DNA from: Cylindrospermopsis raciborskii Cr2010
GTDB lineage: Bacteria; Cyanobacteriota; Cyanobacteriia; Cyanobacteriales; Nostocaceae
DNA length: 32,000 nucleotides
Direction: 5' to 3'
Assembly: GCF_003367075.2 (NCBI RefSeq)
Contig: NZ_CP065936.1
Coordinates: 1,770,001-1,802,000 of the forward strand
The notes under the pieces were generated by a model. It was given only the letters and a program-made list of their open reading frames with translations, had not been told where the DNA came from and searched no databases. Positions 1 through 9,938 of this stretch are shown piece after piece. The first letter of the stretch is position 1. Each line of letters starts with the position of its first letter. A program made the position numbers and the translations under genes.

Positions 1-1
1 G

Positions 2-226
2 ACGGACAGAGATATTGAATTGCCAGAAGATTTGCCAGATTTACCACGGGAGCTATCTTATTGGATAGCCAGTAACCTGTACGGTGTAGCCGATGAACAA
101 CAGGCACTGTTGGAATTACAGGATACCCAAGCCCGATTAAACAGGGAGTCGGAAATCTTGACATCTACTCGTAATCATCTAGCCGCACGTTCAGTCTTAA
201 AAGATACCTTTGATGATATAAAGTAG
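2..226 (+). CDS. C-terminal part of a LON peptidase substrate-binding domain protein (5' end outside window)
   Basis: Reading frame is open from the window edge (TDRDIELPEDLPDLPRELSYWIASNLYGVADEQQALLE...), stop TAG at 224-226; composition resembles the cyanobacterial Lon N-terminal-domain family C-terminus. Confidence 0.6.
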   Translation, partial: TDRDIELPEDLPDLPRELSYWIASNLYGVADEQQALLELQDTQARLNRESEILTSTRNHLAARSVLKDTFDDIK

Positions 227-480
227 TATGTGAACTTGAAATTAAGATGAACGGGTGACGGTGGCAAAATCTGGTTCTCTCTATGAAGTGGGCAATTTTT
301 TGCATGTACCGTGGGAGGGATTTTTAAGCCATTTTAGGGACTAAAAAGCCAAAACATATTATTTATGACCAAAAACCTCAATATATCAAAACTTTAATCG
401 TTCTAACTCCAATTATTTAGGGTATAACATGAGAATATGTTTATCAAAAACTTTGGTTTTTGCCTTGGACACCTATTTTT

Positions 481-747
481 ATGGACATTCAGTTAATCAA
501 CATTGGTTTTGGCAACATAGTTTCTGCTAATCGGGTAATTGCCATTGTTAGTCCCGAATCAGCACCTATTAAGCGAATTATTGGCGATGCCAAAGATAGA
601 GGACAATTAGTTGACGCCACCTATGGTCGTCGCACTAGGGCGGTAATTATCACTGATTCTAGCCATGTTATTCTCTCAGCAATTCAGCCAGAAACAGTGG
701 CCAATCGTTTTGTTCTTTCCCGTGACCATCACACAGCTGACAATTGA
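481..747 (+). CDS. RemA-like / DUF370 family protein
   Basis: [77 protein letters not shown]; start moved to ATG 481 rather than ORF-track 460. Confidence 0.85.
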   Translation: MDIQLINIGFGNIVSANRVIAIVSPESAPIKRIIGDAKDRGQLVDATYGRRTRAVIITDSSHVILSAIQPETVANRFVLSRDHHTADN

Positions 748-768
748 TAATAAGTCCCAAATTAGACA

Positions 769-1374
769 ATGCAATTTTTACCTCTTATTTCCAGTGCTAC
801 TACCCGCCCCGGTAAGCTAATTGTTTTAACAGGTCCTAGTGGAGTTGGTAAGGGAACTTTAATACAAAAACTTTTGGCACAACATCCCCAATTGTATTAT
901 TCAGTTTCTGCTACTACTCGCTCTCCTCGTCTGGGAGAAATTGATGGCAAAAGTTATTACTTTATCACCCCCAACAGCTTTCAAGAGTTAGTTGCTCAGG
1001 GGGAATTTTTGGAGTGGGCGGAATTTGCTGGTAATTATTATGGAACTCCTCGTGCTGCTGTTCTCCAGCAAATTCAGTTGGGAAGATCGGTGATTTTAGA
1101 AATTGAATTGGCCGGGGCCAGACAAATCAAAGCTTCTTACCCTGACGCCTTAAGCATTTTTATTTTGCCTCCTTCATTTCTAGAATTAGAAAACCGCATC
1201 CGAGCAAGAGGACAAGATTCGGATGAAGCCATCACTCGTCGTCTTAACCGAGCTAAGGAAGAAATTAAAGCCGCTTCAGAATTTGATATTCAAATTGTCA
1301 ATGATGACTTCGCTACAACCTTAAATGAACTGGAAACTATTTTAAAAACTATTTCAAGTTTTTCACAGCTTTGA
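769..1374 (+). CDS. gmk: guanylate kinase
   Basis: [13 protein letters not shown]-loop, [19 protein letters not shown] and [14 protein letters not shown] guanylate kinase motifs. Confidence 0.95.
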   Translation: MQFLPLISSATTRPGKLIVLTGPSGVGKGTLIQKLLAQHPQLYYSVSATTRSPRLGEIDGKSYYFITPNSFQELVAQGEFLEWAEFAGNYYGTPRAAVLQQIQLGRSVILEIELAGARQIKASYPDALSIFILPPSFLELENRIRARGQDSDEAITRRLNRAKEEIKAASEFDIQIVNDDFATTLNELETILKTISSFSQL

Positions 1375-1401
1375 GACTTAGATCTTCATCTTTTCCTTCC
1401 A

Positions 1402-1430
1402 CCTACCCAGATTGTTAAGGTCTGAGTAGG
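1402..1430. terminator. Hairpin between convergent gmk and psaL, possible bidirectional terminator
   Basis: CCTACcCAGA ... TCTGaGTAGG imperfect inverted repeat in the gap between the two convergent genes. Confidence 0.4.
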
Positions 1431-1471
1431 TTTGGGTGGACATTAATAAGCGGGCGCAGAAATTATGGAAA

Positions 1472-1993
1472 TTAACCAATTAAACCTTGGATAATTCCAG
1501 AGTTCAGGGTCAAAAAGAAAGCAACTACAGCACCACCAATACCACCAATTAAGAACGCACTGGTGAAGTTATTCCAACTTTCTTTGGAGTTAAATGCGTC
1601 TCCTGGAACTTTGGTCACAGTTACACTCGCTAGCGCTGGAGCAGGATTGCTATTAGCATACAGAGACAGACATGCGGTAAGAATGATAACTAAACCCACA
1701 CTGCCCAATAATCCAGCTAAATTGGCATTGGCAGAATCACGTAGGGGACCTAACTTATCAAAAGGCCCAAAGAGTAAGTAGCCATGTGCCATACCCACTT
1801 CCAGTCCTCGTCTAAAAGGAGTTAAGCCAGGTCTATAAGCAGGTAAGTTGCCAATAAACCACTTAACCAAAGGGGATGAGTTAATTGGGGTTTCCAAATT
1901 TCCATCCTGGGGATTACCACCAGCTGCTCTTACAGTTTGCTGATTTCTGGGATCACTGGGGAGATTTTTAGATTTATTTGCTGCTTGTGCCAT
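1472..1993 (-). CDS. psaL: Photosystem I reaction centre subunit XI
   Basis: Full-length 173 aa protein with TPINSSPLVKWFIGNLPAYRPGLTPFRRGLEVGMAHGYLLFGPF. Confidence 0.95.
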   Translation of the reverse strand: MAQAANKSKNLPSDPRNQQTVRAAGGNPQDGNLETPINSSPLVKWFIGNLPAYRPGLTPFRRGLEVGMAHGYLLFGPFDKLGPLRDSANANLAGLLGSVGLVIILTACLSLYANSNPAPALASVTVTKVPGDAFNSKESWNNFTSAFLIGGIGGAVVAFFLTLNSGIIQGLIG

Positions 1994-2122
1994 GTTTTGT
2001 ATTGCCTCAATATTGCTTCAACATTATGGTCGGTAAACAGTTGTGAAGGATAGGTTGAGATATGGTTAACTCTCCTAAATGGTACTGTTTACCGATCAAG
2101 ACTATATTTCGGTCTAGCTGGC

Positions 2123-2272
2123 CTAGGGTAGGGGGTGGAACAGTAGGTCAGGGAAAAAGCGGTTAAATTCGATGAGAATACCCGCTGTGATAGTCAGCCA
2201 AATTGTAGCTGCTACGGGAGCTGTGGAAATGAACTTGATTAGGTAGGATGATTGATCGCTTTTATCAGCCAT
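2123..2272 (-). CDS. psaJ: Photosystem I subunit IX
   Basis: Manual translation of minus strand: [49 protein letters not shown] (49 aa), just downstream of psaF. Absent from the ORF track because of its length. Confidence 0.95.
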   Translation of the reverse strand: MADKSDQSSYLIKFISTAPVAATIWLTITAGILIEFNRFFPDLLFHPLP

Positions 2273-2312
2273 GGATTTAGTCTCCGAAAACAAGTGGATA
2301 GAAGCAGATGAA

Positions 2313-2807
2313 CTAGCGAGGAGAAACGGTAATTTCCGAGTCCTTAGCAGTTAATTCACCAGAGAGAAATTCTTTAATCGCTGCTGCTGGCCAAGCAAAC
2401 CCAGTGGTGATAATGGGTAGTGCTAAACCCAGATCAATTTGGATCTCTTTTTGCTCGCTATCAGCTTCTTTTTTGATTGCTTGTAAATAAGCACGGCCTA
2501 CCCAACCAATCCAACCAGCAATGTAAAGGAAAAGAATACTAGGAATTAAAAAGTCCCCTGCACGATCTAAACGACCGTCAACAATTAGGTGAGGATAGCC
2601 CTCAGGACCACATAGAGCCTGTGAATATCGTTCAAACCGTTTTTTCCCAGATTCGGGATCAGCAGTGGTATTACGGGCATTTAGAGCCAGATCTTGAAAA
2701 GCGGGAGAGTCTTTACAAGGAACAAGGTTGGCACCCAGGGCGTGGGCCTGAGGGGCAAAATTGAACCAGAGACCAATCGCTAAAATCAAAGCAAACAATC
2801 GTCGCAT
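2313..2807 (-). CDS. psaF: Photosystem I reaction centre subunit III (plastocyanin-docking)
   Basis: [38 protein letters not shown]... signal peptide and lumenal domain; start placed at MRR (2807) not at the ORF-track start 2879. Confidence 0.95.
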   Translation of the reverse strand: MRRLFALILAIGLWFNFAPQAHALGANLVPCKDSPAFQDLALNARNTTADPESGKKRFERYSQALCGPEGYPHLIVDGRLDRAGDFLIPSILFLYIAGWIGWVGRAYLQAIKKEADSEQKEIQIDLGLALPIITTGFAWPAAAIKEFLSGELTAKDSEITVSPR

Positions 2808-3147
2808 GGAGTTGTTTCCCTTTGTTACAAAAAAGTAAGTTTTTTGACTTTTCTCCGCTCTAAAGAGACGGAAATTCATTTTGGCGCAGTCAAAAACGCC
2901 TCACTGACTCCATCTGGATCAACTCCAAATATTGTCGATACTTTTTTTCATGTTACCATGGTGTACAAAACGAAGCGGCCTGTACAGTGTGGGATTTTGA
3001 TAACTAGCAAGTCATCATACTCTTGGCAAGGAATCGAGTAAAGTTGAACTAAATAAAAGTTAAAGCTTCGCAACCAAAAGTAAGATTTGACGACTTGGGG
3101 GATTGAACAGATCTCTCATTCCCATTTTCTCACACCTAAAACAAATT

Positions 3148-4191
3148 ATGACAACTATATTAGCTATCGAAACCAGTTGTGATGAGACTGCTGTGGCTAT
3201 CGTTAAAAATCGTTACGTGAAAAGCAGTGTCATAGCTTCCCAGATTCCTCTCCATCAGCAGTATGGTGGAGTGGTTCCAGAGGTGGCTTCTAGACAACAT
3301 TTAGAAACAATTAATCAGGTAATAGCACAGGCCCTAGATGACAGTTTGATGGAATGGGGAGAAATTGATGGTGTTGCTGCTACTTGTGCCCCCGGACTGG
3401 TGGGAGCTTTATTAGTGGGTCTCACTGCTGGAAAAACTTTGGCTATGGTCCATGAAAAGCCTTTTTTGGGAGTTCACCACCTAGAAGGTCATATTTATGC
3501 TACCTATTTGGCTGAACCTGATTTGAATCCCCCCTTTCTTAGCTTACTTGTTTCTGGTGGACATACAAGCTTGATTTATGTTCAAGATTGTGGTAAGTAC
3601 GAAACTTTAGGACAAACTGTTGATGATGCTGCAGGTGAGGCCTTTGATAAGGTGGCTCGCTTATTGGGCTTAGCTTATCCCGGGGGCCCAATTATTGACC
3701 AGTTGGCACAAATGGGCAATCCTCATGCTTTCTCTTTGCCAGAAGGCAAAATTTCTTTGCCCCAAGGTGGTTATCACCCCTATAATTCTAGTTTTAGTGG
3801 TCTAAAAACAGCTGTGTTAAGGCTTGTGCAACAATTTCAAAAAGATGGGGAAAAAATACCTGTAGCAGATATTGCTGCCAGCTTTCAAGCAACTCTGGCT
3901 AAAGCCTTGACTAAAAGAGCGATCGCCTGTGCATATAATTATGGTATAAAAACAATTGCCGTAGGTGGTGGTGTGGCAGCTAACAGTGGGCTTAGACAAC
4001 ACTTACAAGCTGCTGCCAGAGAGCATAATCTCCGGGTTCTTTTCCCCCCCTTAAAATTCTGTACTGATAATGCTGCTATGATTGGTTGTGCTGCATCTGA
4101 CCATCTGTTACGTGGTCACCGGTCTAATTTGACTTTAGGGGTTCATTCCCGACTACCTGTGACTCAGGTGATGGATTTATATAAAGTTTAA
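3148..4191 (+). CDS. tsaD: tRNA N6-adenosine threonylcarbamoyltransferase
   Basis: [42 protein letters not shown] and [11 protein letters not shown] motifs; start at ATG 3148. Confidence 0.95.
   Translation: MTTILAIETSCDETAVAIVKNRYVKSSVIASQIPLHQQYGGVVPEVASRQHLETINQVIAQALDDSLMEWGEIDGVAATCAPGLVGALLVGLTAGKTLAMVHEKPFLGVHHLEGHIYATYLAEPDLNPPFLSLLVSGGHTSLIYVQDCGKYETLGQTVDDAAGEAFDKVARLLGLAYPGGPIIDQLAQMGNPHAFSLPEGKISLPQGGYHPYNSSFSGLKTAVLRLVQQFQKDGEKIPVADIAASFQATLAKALTKRAIACAYNYGIKTIAVGGGVAANSGLRQHLQAAAREHNLRVLFPPLKFCTDNAAMIGCAASDHLLRGHRSNLTLGVHSRLPVTQVMDLYKV
3919..3926. repeat. HIP1 octamer GCGATCGC; others at 10807, 12119, 17777, 19054, 20252, 24218, 27110, 28795 and 31053
   Basis: Direct string matches, roughly one per 3 kb, typical of cyanobacterial highly iterated palindrome. 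Confidence 0.9.
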
Positions 4192-5048
4192 CCAGTAATA
4201 ATTGAAATAATATGTTGACTAACTGCATCCGGTTGCTCTAGCATGGCCAGGTGGCCACAATTGGGAATTTCAATCACATTATCGCCAACATATTGAAACA
4301 GCCAATGAAAGCTGGCCAAATGACGTACATACTTAGGTTCTATTACCTTATCATTAGCGCCCGTTAAAAAGTAAACTGGCTGTTTTATCTGTGAAACTAA
4401 CTGAGGTAAACTATTCACTTCCTCTTCAGTTGTGGAACTCATAAGTGTTCCTATAGCTGATTGAGGATCAGCGATGATAAAATCCATAATTCTTTGACGG
4501 GCCCAGTGCCGATCCAAAGGACGTGCCACATTAGTTCTAGTAAAAAACAAATCAATTAAAGGGAGTTGGTAAAGCCAACGAGGTCGTATTTGGAGAAACT
4601 TTTGACCGGTGGCACGAAACCGCTCAAAGGCCTCTTTCAAGTAAATTCCACCACCAGCATTAATACAAATTACACCTTGAACCAAGTTTGGCAATTGCAA
4701 TGCGGTTCTTAAAGCAATTGTACCTCCCCAGGAATGACCAATTAGCCAAACTCTAGAAATACTCAGTAATTCCAGGAGAGTAATTAGGTCTTGAGAATAG
4801 GCCCCAGTGGAATAGGGAGAATGCTCATGGGAGTTATCGGGTTGATCACAGGATTGGCATTGAGATTCCCCAAAACCCCGCAAATCGTATGACAGACACT
4901 GAAAATCAAGGGAGATACGGGAAATTAGCGGTTGCCAATAGCTACGACTATTTAGCCAACCGTGGATAAACACCAGGGTTTCAGGGTGGGAGGTAGGGAC
5001 TGTTAATTCGTAGGCGTGTGGAACGCCATGTATTTCTATTTTTGCCAT
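4188..5048 (-). CDS. alpha/beta fold hydrolase
   Basis: [12 protein letters not shown] oxyanion region, nucleophile elbow GHSWGG, terminal GHLAMLEQP. Confidence 0.85.
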   Translation of the reverse strand: MAKIEIHGVPHAYELTVPTSHPETLVFIHGWLNSRSYWQPLISRISLDFQCLSYDLRGFGESQCQSCDQPDNSHEHSPYSTGAYSQDLITLLELLSISRVWLIGHSWGGTIALRTALQLPNLVQGVICINAGGGIYLKEAFERFRATGQKFLQIRPRWLYQLPLIDLFFTRTNVARPLDRHWARQRIMDFIIADPQSAIGTLMSSTTEEEVNSLPQLVSQIKQPVYFLTGANDKVIEPKYVRHLASFHWLFQYVGDNVIEIPNCGHLAMLEQPDAVSQHIISIITG

Positions 5049-5334
5049 ACCCGGGGTTTGATAGGGGAAGTTAAATCAATTACAGTCAAGTTTCCTAGAC
5101 TATTTTAACCTGTTCTATGCCCAACTATAAAATCTGGAACTGGAAGGAACAGAAAGTGCTAAAGTTAAAAGTGTGTGAAAAATCTGATCCAGAATCACGA
5201 TTACCCTTTCTGACCTCTATTCAACTTACCCCCTGTGGTTCTTGAGCAGAAATTAAATGGTATAAGCGTTTTTCTGGATTAGTAAGCACTGTCAAATATC
5301 AACAACTTATTCGTGTTACCCGAACCGCATTGGC

Positions 5335-5853
5335 ATGGGTTTTTGGAAAACTTGGTTTACTAATTCCAACTCTGTAGCGACAACTAAAACCGGCACATTT
5401 GATGAGTATGCACGGGGACGTAATTCTAGCGTCAGTGGCGATACCATTGTCTTCAGCACTGAACGAGATATTGATCTATACGAACTGGAAGAACTCTGTG
5501 ATGCGGTTGGTTGGTCGCGCCGTCCCCTAAGAAAAGTGAAAAGAGCCATTGACCATAGCTTCCTCGTAGCCTCCATGTGGCAAATAGGAGGGAGCAAAAA
5601 GCGGTTAATTGGTTTTGCTCGTGCTACGTCAGATCATGCTTTTAATGCCACTATTTGGGATGTGGTAGTTCATCCAGACTTCCAAAATCAAGGTTTGGGT
5701 AAGGCATTGATGAAATTTGTTCTCAAAAAACTCAGAAACGAGGAAATTAGTAATGTGACTCTTTTTGCTGATGCCCATGTGGTCGATTTCTACCGCACTA
5801 TGGGGTTTATCCCAGACCCAGAGGGGATTAAGGGGATGTTCTGGTATCCTTAA
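5335..5853 (+). CDS. GNAT family N-acetyltransferase (Ycf52-like)
   Basis: [25 protein letters not shown] acetyl-CoA binding motif A and [20 protein letters not shown]-terminus. Confidence 0.8.
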   Translation: MGFWKTWFTNSNSVATTKTGTFDEYARGRNSSVSGDTIVFSTERDIDLYELEELCDAVGWSRRPLRKVKRAIDHSFLVASMWQIGGSKKRLIGFARATSDHAFNATIWDVVVHPDFQNQGLGKALMKFVLKKLRNEEISNVTLFADAHVVDFYRTMGFIPDPEGIKGMFWYP

Positions 5854-5884
5854 TGATCCTGGGAAAGGGAGGTCATGTAAAAAG

Positions 5885-5958
5885 TCGGGATGACAGGATT
5901 TGAACCTGCGGCATCCTGCTCCCAAAGCAGGCGCGCTACCAAGCTGCGCTACATCCCG
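5885..5958 (-). tRNA. tRNA-Pro (anticodon TGG)
   Basis: Minus strand CGGGATGTAGCGCAGCTTGGTAGCGCGCCTGCTTTGGGAGCAGGATGCCGCAGGTTCAAATCCTGTCATCCCGA: paired acceptor stem, GGTTCAAATCC T arm, CCTGC-TTTGGGA-GCAGG anticodon arm. Confidence 0.95.
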
Positions 5959-6189
5959 ATAAGTGGACTTTTATGTGGGGCGGAAGTTTTACGCACCATA
6001 TAACACCATATACAAACTAACTTATTTTTTTTGTTTTGTCAACAGCAACTGCACTTTTTTTGAAAGTTAGTGGTCGAAGGAGCATGTTGCACCTCCACAA
6101 TTTGTTAAACTTTCAATGGCAGTCTGTGGGATAGTTCCCAGATGTTTCAAACAAAATACGCTAATTCAAAACAAGGAGAATCACAGCAA

Positions 6190-6294
6190 ATGGGCGGGGA
6201 AATTTTAAATGCAGGCATTTTGTCCTTCGGACTGATTTTCGCTGGTTGGGCTATCGGTGCCCTACTGCTGAAAATTCAGGGAGCAGGAGAATAG
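6190..6294 (+). CDS. petM: Cytochrome b6f complex subunit PetM
   Basis: Manual translation: [34 protein letters not shown] (34 aa) with an AAGGAG ribosome binding site; absent from ORF track because of its length. Confidence 0.9.
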   Translation: MGGEILNAGILSFGLIFAGWAIGALLLKIQGAGE

Positions 6295-6314
6295 ATTCAA
6301 AAAAATGGGTAACT

Positions 6315-6332
6315 CCCCACCTGAAGGTGGGG
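6315..6332 (+). terminator. Stable hairpin just downstream of petM
   Basis: CCCCACC-TGAA-GGTGGGG perfect 7-bp stem with 4-nt loop 20 nt after the petM stop; no clear U-tract. Confidence 0.4.
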
Positions 6333-6432
6333 GATCCCAACCACAAAAATGTGAAAAATGTAAAGTTTTATTTCTATACCTGAACTCTGTTAAAATTTTT
6401 ATCACAAAACATAAAAATTTATAACGACCATA

Positions 6433-7428
6433 ATGACATTACTAGTTGTTGGTGCTACTGGCACTCTTGGCAGACAAGTTGTTCGTCGTGCTGTAGATGA
6501 GGGTTACAAAGTCCGCTGTTTAGTAAGAAGTCTGAAAAAAGCAGCATTTCTGAAAGAGTGGGGCGCCGAACTGGTGAAAGGGGACTTGTGTTATCCAGAA
6601 ACCTTAGTGGGTGCTTTAGAAGGCGTAACGCAGGTAATAGACGCTTCCACTTCTCGTGCCACAGATTCATTAACTATTAAACAAGTGGACTGGGAAGGTA
6701 AAGTAGCATTAGTTCAAGCTGCTAAGTCTGCTGGTATAGAGCGGTTTATTTTCTTCTCAATTTTGGATGCTGAAAAATATCCTAATGTCCCCTTGATGGA
6801 AATTAAGCGCTGTACAGAGTTGTTCATAGTTGAATCTGGCTTAAACTATACAATTTTAAGACTAGCTGGTTTTATGCAAGGGTTGATTGGTCAATATGGC
6901 ATTCCTATTTTGGAAAATCAGCCAGTGTGGGTAACTGGTGAGTCCTCACCGGTAGCTTATATGGATACCCAAGATATTGCTAAGTTTGCAATTCGGGCTC
7001 TGACTGTACCAGACACTGAGAAACAAACCTTTCCTCTAGTTGGGACTCGTGCTTGGAGTGCAGAAGAAATAATTGATATTTGTGAGCGCCTGTCAGGAAA
7101 AGATGCCAAAATCACACGAATGCCCTTAGGACTGCTACGGGGTGTTCAGGGTCTGCTACGATTTTTTCAGTGGGGGTGGAATGTGGCTGATAGACTGGCC
7201 TTTTCAGAAGTTCTAGCCAGTGGTAAACCTCTCAATGCTTCTATGGACGAAGTATACACAGCATTTGGACTAGATAAACAACAAATTACTACTGTAGAAG
7301 TTTACTTACAGGAGTATTTTAGTAGGATTATGAAAAAGCTAAAAGAGTTAGACTACCAAAAAGCAAAAGAGAAGAAAAAAGACAAAAAAACCCCTTTCAA
7401 GCAGTCTACAAAAGTTAATAGTCAATAA
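6433..7428 (+). CDS. ycf39: NAD(P)-binding SDR/NmrA-like protein, Ycf39 (PSII assembly factor family)
   Basis: [52 protein letters not shown] Rossmann motif and full-length Ycf39-like sequence. Confidence 0.85.
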   Translation: MTLLVVGATGTLGRQVVRRAVDEGYKVRCLVRSLKKAAFLKEWGAELVKGDLCYPETLVGALEGVTQVIDASTSRATDSLTIKQVDWEGKVALVQAAKSAGIERFIFFSILDAEKYPNVPLMEIKRCTELFIVESGLNYTILRLAGFMQGLIGQYGIPILENQPVWVTGESSPVAYMDTQDIAKFAIRALTVPDTEKQTFPLVGTRAWSAEEIIDICERLSGKDAKITRMPLGLLRGVQGLLRFFQWGWNVADRLAFSEVLASGKPLNASMDEVYTAFGLDKQQITTVEVYLQEYFSRIMKKLKELDYQKAKEKKKDKKTPFKQSTKVNSQ

Positions 7429-7511
7429 AATTCCCAATCGGTGACTATATTATTCCAAAATGTGTCAGGATAACTAAATATCAAGCAGCGCCCAAACCTG
7501 GATGTTTTAAT

Positions 7512-8429
7512 GTGCCAAAAGCAGGCATTATCTACAATGACGTAAAACCGATAGCGGGTCGAGTCGCTATCGAACTCAAAGACCAGCTGACCGCCGCTGG
7601 TTGGGATGTGTGTATGACAGCAAGTATTGGTGGTATATTGGGCTACTCCAACCCTGATAGTCCCGTATGCCACACTCCCATATCAGGTCTTACACCTCCC
7701 GGATTTGACTCAGATATGCGGTTTGCAGTGGTATTAGGTGGAGACGGGACAGTTTTAGCAGCTTCCCGTCAAGTTGCTCCCTCCGGTGTACCATTGTTAA
7801 CTGTAAACACAGGTCACATGGGATTTTTGACGGAGACCTATCTGAATCAGCTGCCCACAGCTATGGAGCAGGTGATGGAGGGTCACTATGAAATCGAAGA
7901 CCGAGCCATGCTGAATGTTCAAGTCTGGAGGGGAGACTCAGTTCTGTGGGAAGCGCTTTGTTTAAATGAAATGGTATTGCATCGAGAACCACTAACCTCG
8001 ATGTGCCATTTTGAAATTGAAATAGGTCGTCATGCAGCTGTGGATATTGCCGCAGATGGTGTAATTGTTTCTACTCCTACAGGTTCAACAGCCTACTCTT
8101 TAAGCGCTGGCGGTCCGGTGATTGCCCCGGGCGTGCCCGTACTGCAGTTGGTTCCTATTTGTCCCCATTCTCTAGCTTCAAGAGCTTTAGTGTTTCCCGA
8201 TCATGAACCAGTAAATATTTACCCGGTTAACATCCCTCGATTGGTGATGGTCGTTGATGGTAATGGTGGGTGTTTTGTCTTGTCCGAGGATCGGGTATAT
8301 TTACGCCGCTCGGAATACAAGGCTAGGTTTATACGCTTACAACCACCAGAGTTTTTCCGAATTTTACGGGAGAAATTGGGTTGGGGACTACCCCATATTG
8401 CTAAACCAAGTTCGGTGGAGTTGCCATAA
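7512..8429 (+). CDS. nadK: NAD(+) kinase
   Basis: [18 protein letters not shown] motif and [21 protein letters not shown]; 305 aa. Confidence 0.92.
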   Translation: MPKAGIIYNDVKPIAGRVAIELKDQLTAAGWDVCMTASIGGILGYSNPDSPVCHTPISGLTPPGFDSDMRFAVVLGGDGTVLAASRQVAPSGVPLLTVNTGHMGFLTETYLNQLPTAMEQVMEGHYEIEDRAMLNVQVWRGDSVLWEALCLNEMVLHREPLTSMCHFEIEIGRHAAVDIAADGVIVSTPTGSTAYSLSAGGPVIAPGVPVLQLVPICPHSLASRALVFPDHEPVNIYPVNIPRLVMVVDGNGGCFVLSEDRVYLRRSEYKARFIRLQPPEFFRILREKLGWGLPHIAKPSSVELP

Positions 8430-8476
8430 CTTTTGATCATTATCCAGCAGTAAACCCTTATATTGGAAAAATCAAT

Positions 8477-9163
8477 ATGACGCCTTCTCATGGCTCCCGT
8501 GTTCTGGTGATTGAACCTGATGAAACTCTAGCTAGTCAATTGGGCTTTGATCTTCAAGAGGCTGGATATGAGGCTATTATAGCTACTGATGCTAATAGCG
8601 GTTTGCATAAATGTCGAGATTTACAACCGGCTTTAATAGTTGTAGACAGAATGTTGCCAGGAGAGTCTGGATTATCTTTTTGTAAGAACCTCCGTGCCAC
8701 TGGCAATACTAAGCCAGTTCTGATATTAATGGCCAGAGATGCGATGGATGACCGTGTTGCTTGCCTAGAAGCGGGTGCAGATGATTATATTCTTAAGCCT
8801 TACCGTTCCGAGGAATTTTCCAAGCTCATTCGTCTATATCTAAAACCAGATGTTGAAAGTAGTGAACAGTTACGCTTTGTAGATCTAGCCTTAGATATTG
8901 GTACTCGTCGCGCTATCTATAACAATAAAGCCATTGATTTAACAATGAAGGAATTTGAACTATTAAAGTTCTTTATGGAACATCCCCGGGAAGTTTTAAC
9001 CCGGGAACAAATTTTGGAAAATGTTTGGGGTTATGACTTTGTCGGTGAGTCAAATGTGATTGAAGTATACATTCGCTACTTACGATTGAAAATCGAAGAA
9101 AATGGACAAAAGCGTTTGATTCAAACAGTGCGAGGTGTGGGATATGTATTAAGGGAGTCCTAG
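8477..9163 (+). CDS. OmpR-family winged-helix response regulator, NblR-like
   Basis: Receiver with VVDRMLPGESG and GADDYILKPY plus winged-helix VWGYDFVGESNVIEVYIRYLRLKIE...IQTVRGVGYVL. NblR assignment is by overall resemblance only. Confidence 0.85.
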   Translation: MTPSHGSRVLVIEPDETLASQLGFDLQEAGYEAIIATDANSGLHKCRDLQPALIVVDRMLPGESGLSFCKNLRATGNTKPVLILMARDAMDDRVACLEAGADDYILKPYRSEEFSKLIRLYLKPDVESSEQLRFVDLALDIGTRRAIYNNKAIDLTMKEFELLKFFMEHPREVLTREQILENVWGYDFVGESNVIEVYIRYLRLKIEENGQKRLIQTVRGVGYVLRES

Positions 9164-9234
9164 CTAGAAAAAAATTTTGTTTAGCCTATTGCCAAAACAA
9201 AAAACTAAGCTATAATAGGAAAGTTGCTGAAGAA

Positions 9235-9318
9235 GGGCGGATGGCGAAACTGGTAGACGCACCACACTCAAAATGTGGCGACCTTGCGGTCATAGGAGTT
9301 CGATTCTCCTTCTGCCCA
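9235..9318 (+). tRNA. tRNA-Leu (anticodon CAA)
   Basis: GGGCGGAUGGCGAAACUGGUAGACGCACCACACUCAAAAUGUGGCGACC..., CCACA-CTCAAAA-TGTGG anticodon arm, variable arm, AGTTCGATTCT T arm, TCTGCCCA 3' end. Confidence 0.95.
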
Positions 9319-9347
9319 TTAAAGAAAATAAAAATGCTTCCCAGGAG

Positions 9348-9383
9348 AGCAAGCCACGCCGGCATACACTGGCGCAGCTTGCT
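9348..9383 (-). terminator. Candidate terminator hairpin downstream of the prxQ-like gene
   Basis: AGCAAGC ... GCTTGCT inverted repeat with an inner GCC/GGC pairing, between tRNA-Leu and the convergent peroxiredoxin gene. Confidence 0.45.
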
Positions 9384-9403
9384 TAAAAGAACTTAGAGAA
9401 AGC

Positions 9404-9841
9404 TTAGAGACCAATGGCTGCTAAAACATCACTAGCATGAGTGGAAGTATTAACTGTGGTGTCAACATGAGCAATCTTGCCATTTGGATCTATGATGTAA
9501 GTAACGCGTTTAGCATAACCGCCACCATCTACATCGTAAGCTTTTATTAAAGATTTATCAGTATCAGCTAACAGGGGAAAATTGAGCTTATATTTTGTGG
9601 TGAATGCTTGATGGGAAGTCACATCATCAGCACTTACTCCTAGAACTACTATATCTTTCCCTTGGTAGTCACTTTGAGCATCCCGAAAACTGCAAGCTTG
9701 TTTGGTGCATCCAGGAGTGTCATCTTTGGGATAAAAATATAGAACTACGGTTTTACCGGCAAAATCAGATAGTGACACTGTGTTGCCGTTTGTATCTTTG
9801 GTGGTAAATGCAGGTGCTTTTGTACCAACTGATAATGCCAT
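9404..9841 (-). CDS. Thioredoxin-dependent peroxiredoxin, BCP/PrxQ type
   Basis: MALSVGTKAPAFTTKDTNGNTVSLSDFAGKTVVLYFYPKDDTPGCTKQACSFRD; start at ATG 9841. Confidence 0.92.
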   Translation of the reverse strand: MALSVGTKAPAFTTKDTNGNTVSLSDFAGKTVVLYFYPKDDTPGCTKQACSFRDAQSDYQGKDIVVLGVSADDVTSHQAFTTKYKLNFPLLADTDKSLIKAYDVDGGGYAKRVTYIIDPNGKIAHVDTTVNTSTHASDVLAAIGL

Positions 9842-9938
9842 ACTTGACCTTTCCTGTGTGAGAATAGTTTGAATTTTACTGTACCTCAAGAGGTATAGCG
9901 AGATTGAACCCCATTATATATCTTTATAAACACTATTA

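Noticed and set aside
1563-1781. 72-aa plus-strand ORF inside psaL
   Set aside because: Antisense shadow of a conserved photosystem gene, no recognisable protein features.
3817-4002. 61-aa minus-strand ORF inside tsaD
   Set aside because: Antisense shadow ORF fully within a confident CDS.
5316-5597. 93-aa minus-strand ORF over the GNAT gene
   Set aside because: Lies antisense to a well-supported acetyltransferase; low-complexity [10 protein letters not shown] sequence.
5629-5925. 98-aa minus-strand ORF overlapping the GNAT gene and tRNA-Pro
   Set aside because: The MGAGCRRFKSCHPD N-terminus is translation of tRNA-Pro sequence; the rest is antisense to the GNAT gene.
8219-8491. Minus- and plus-strand ORFs over the 3' end of nadK
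   Set aside because: Shadow ORFs in alternative frames, overlapping the conserved kinase C-terminus.
9235-9318. Possible tRNA-Leu group I intron, as found in cyanobacterial tRNA-Leu(UAA)
   Set aside because: Anticodon is CAA and the tRNA reads through continuously at 84 nt; no intron.
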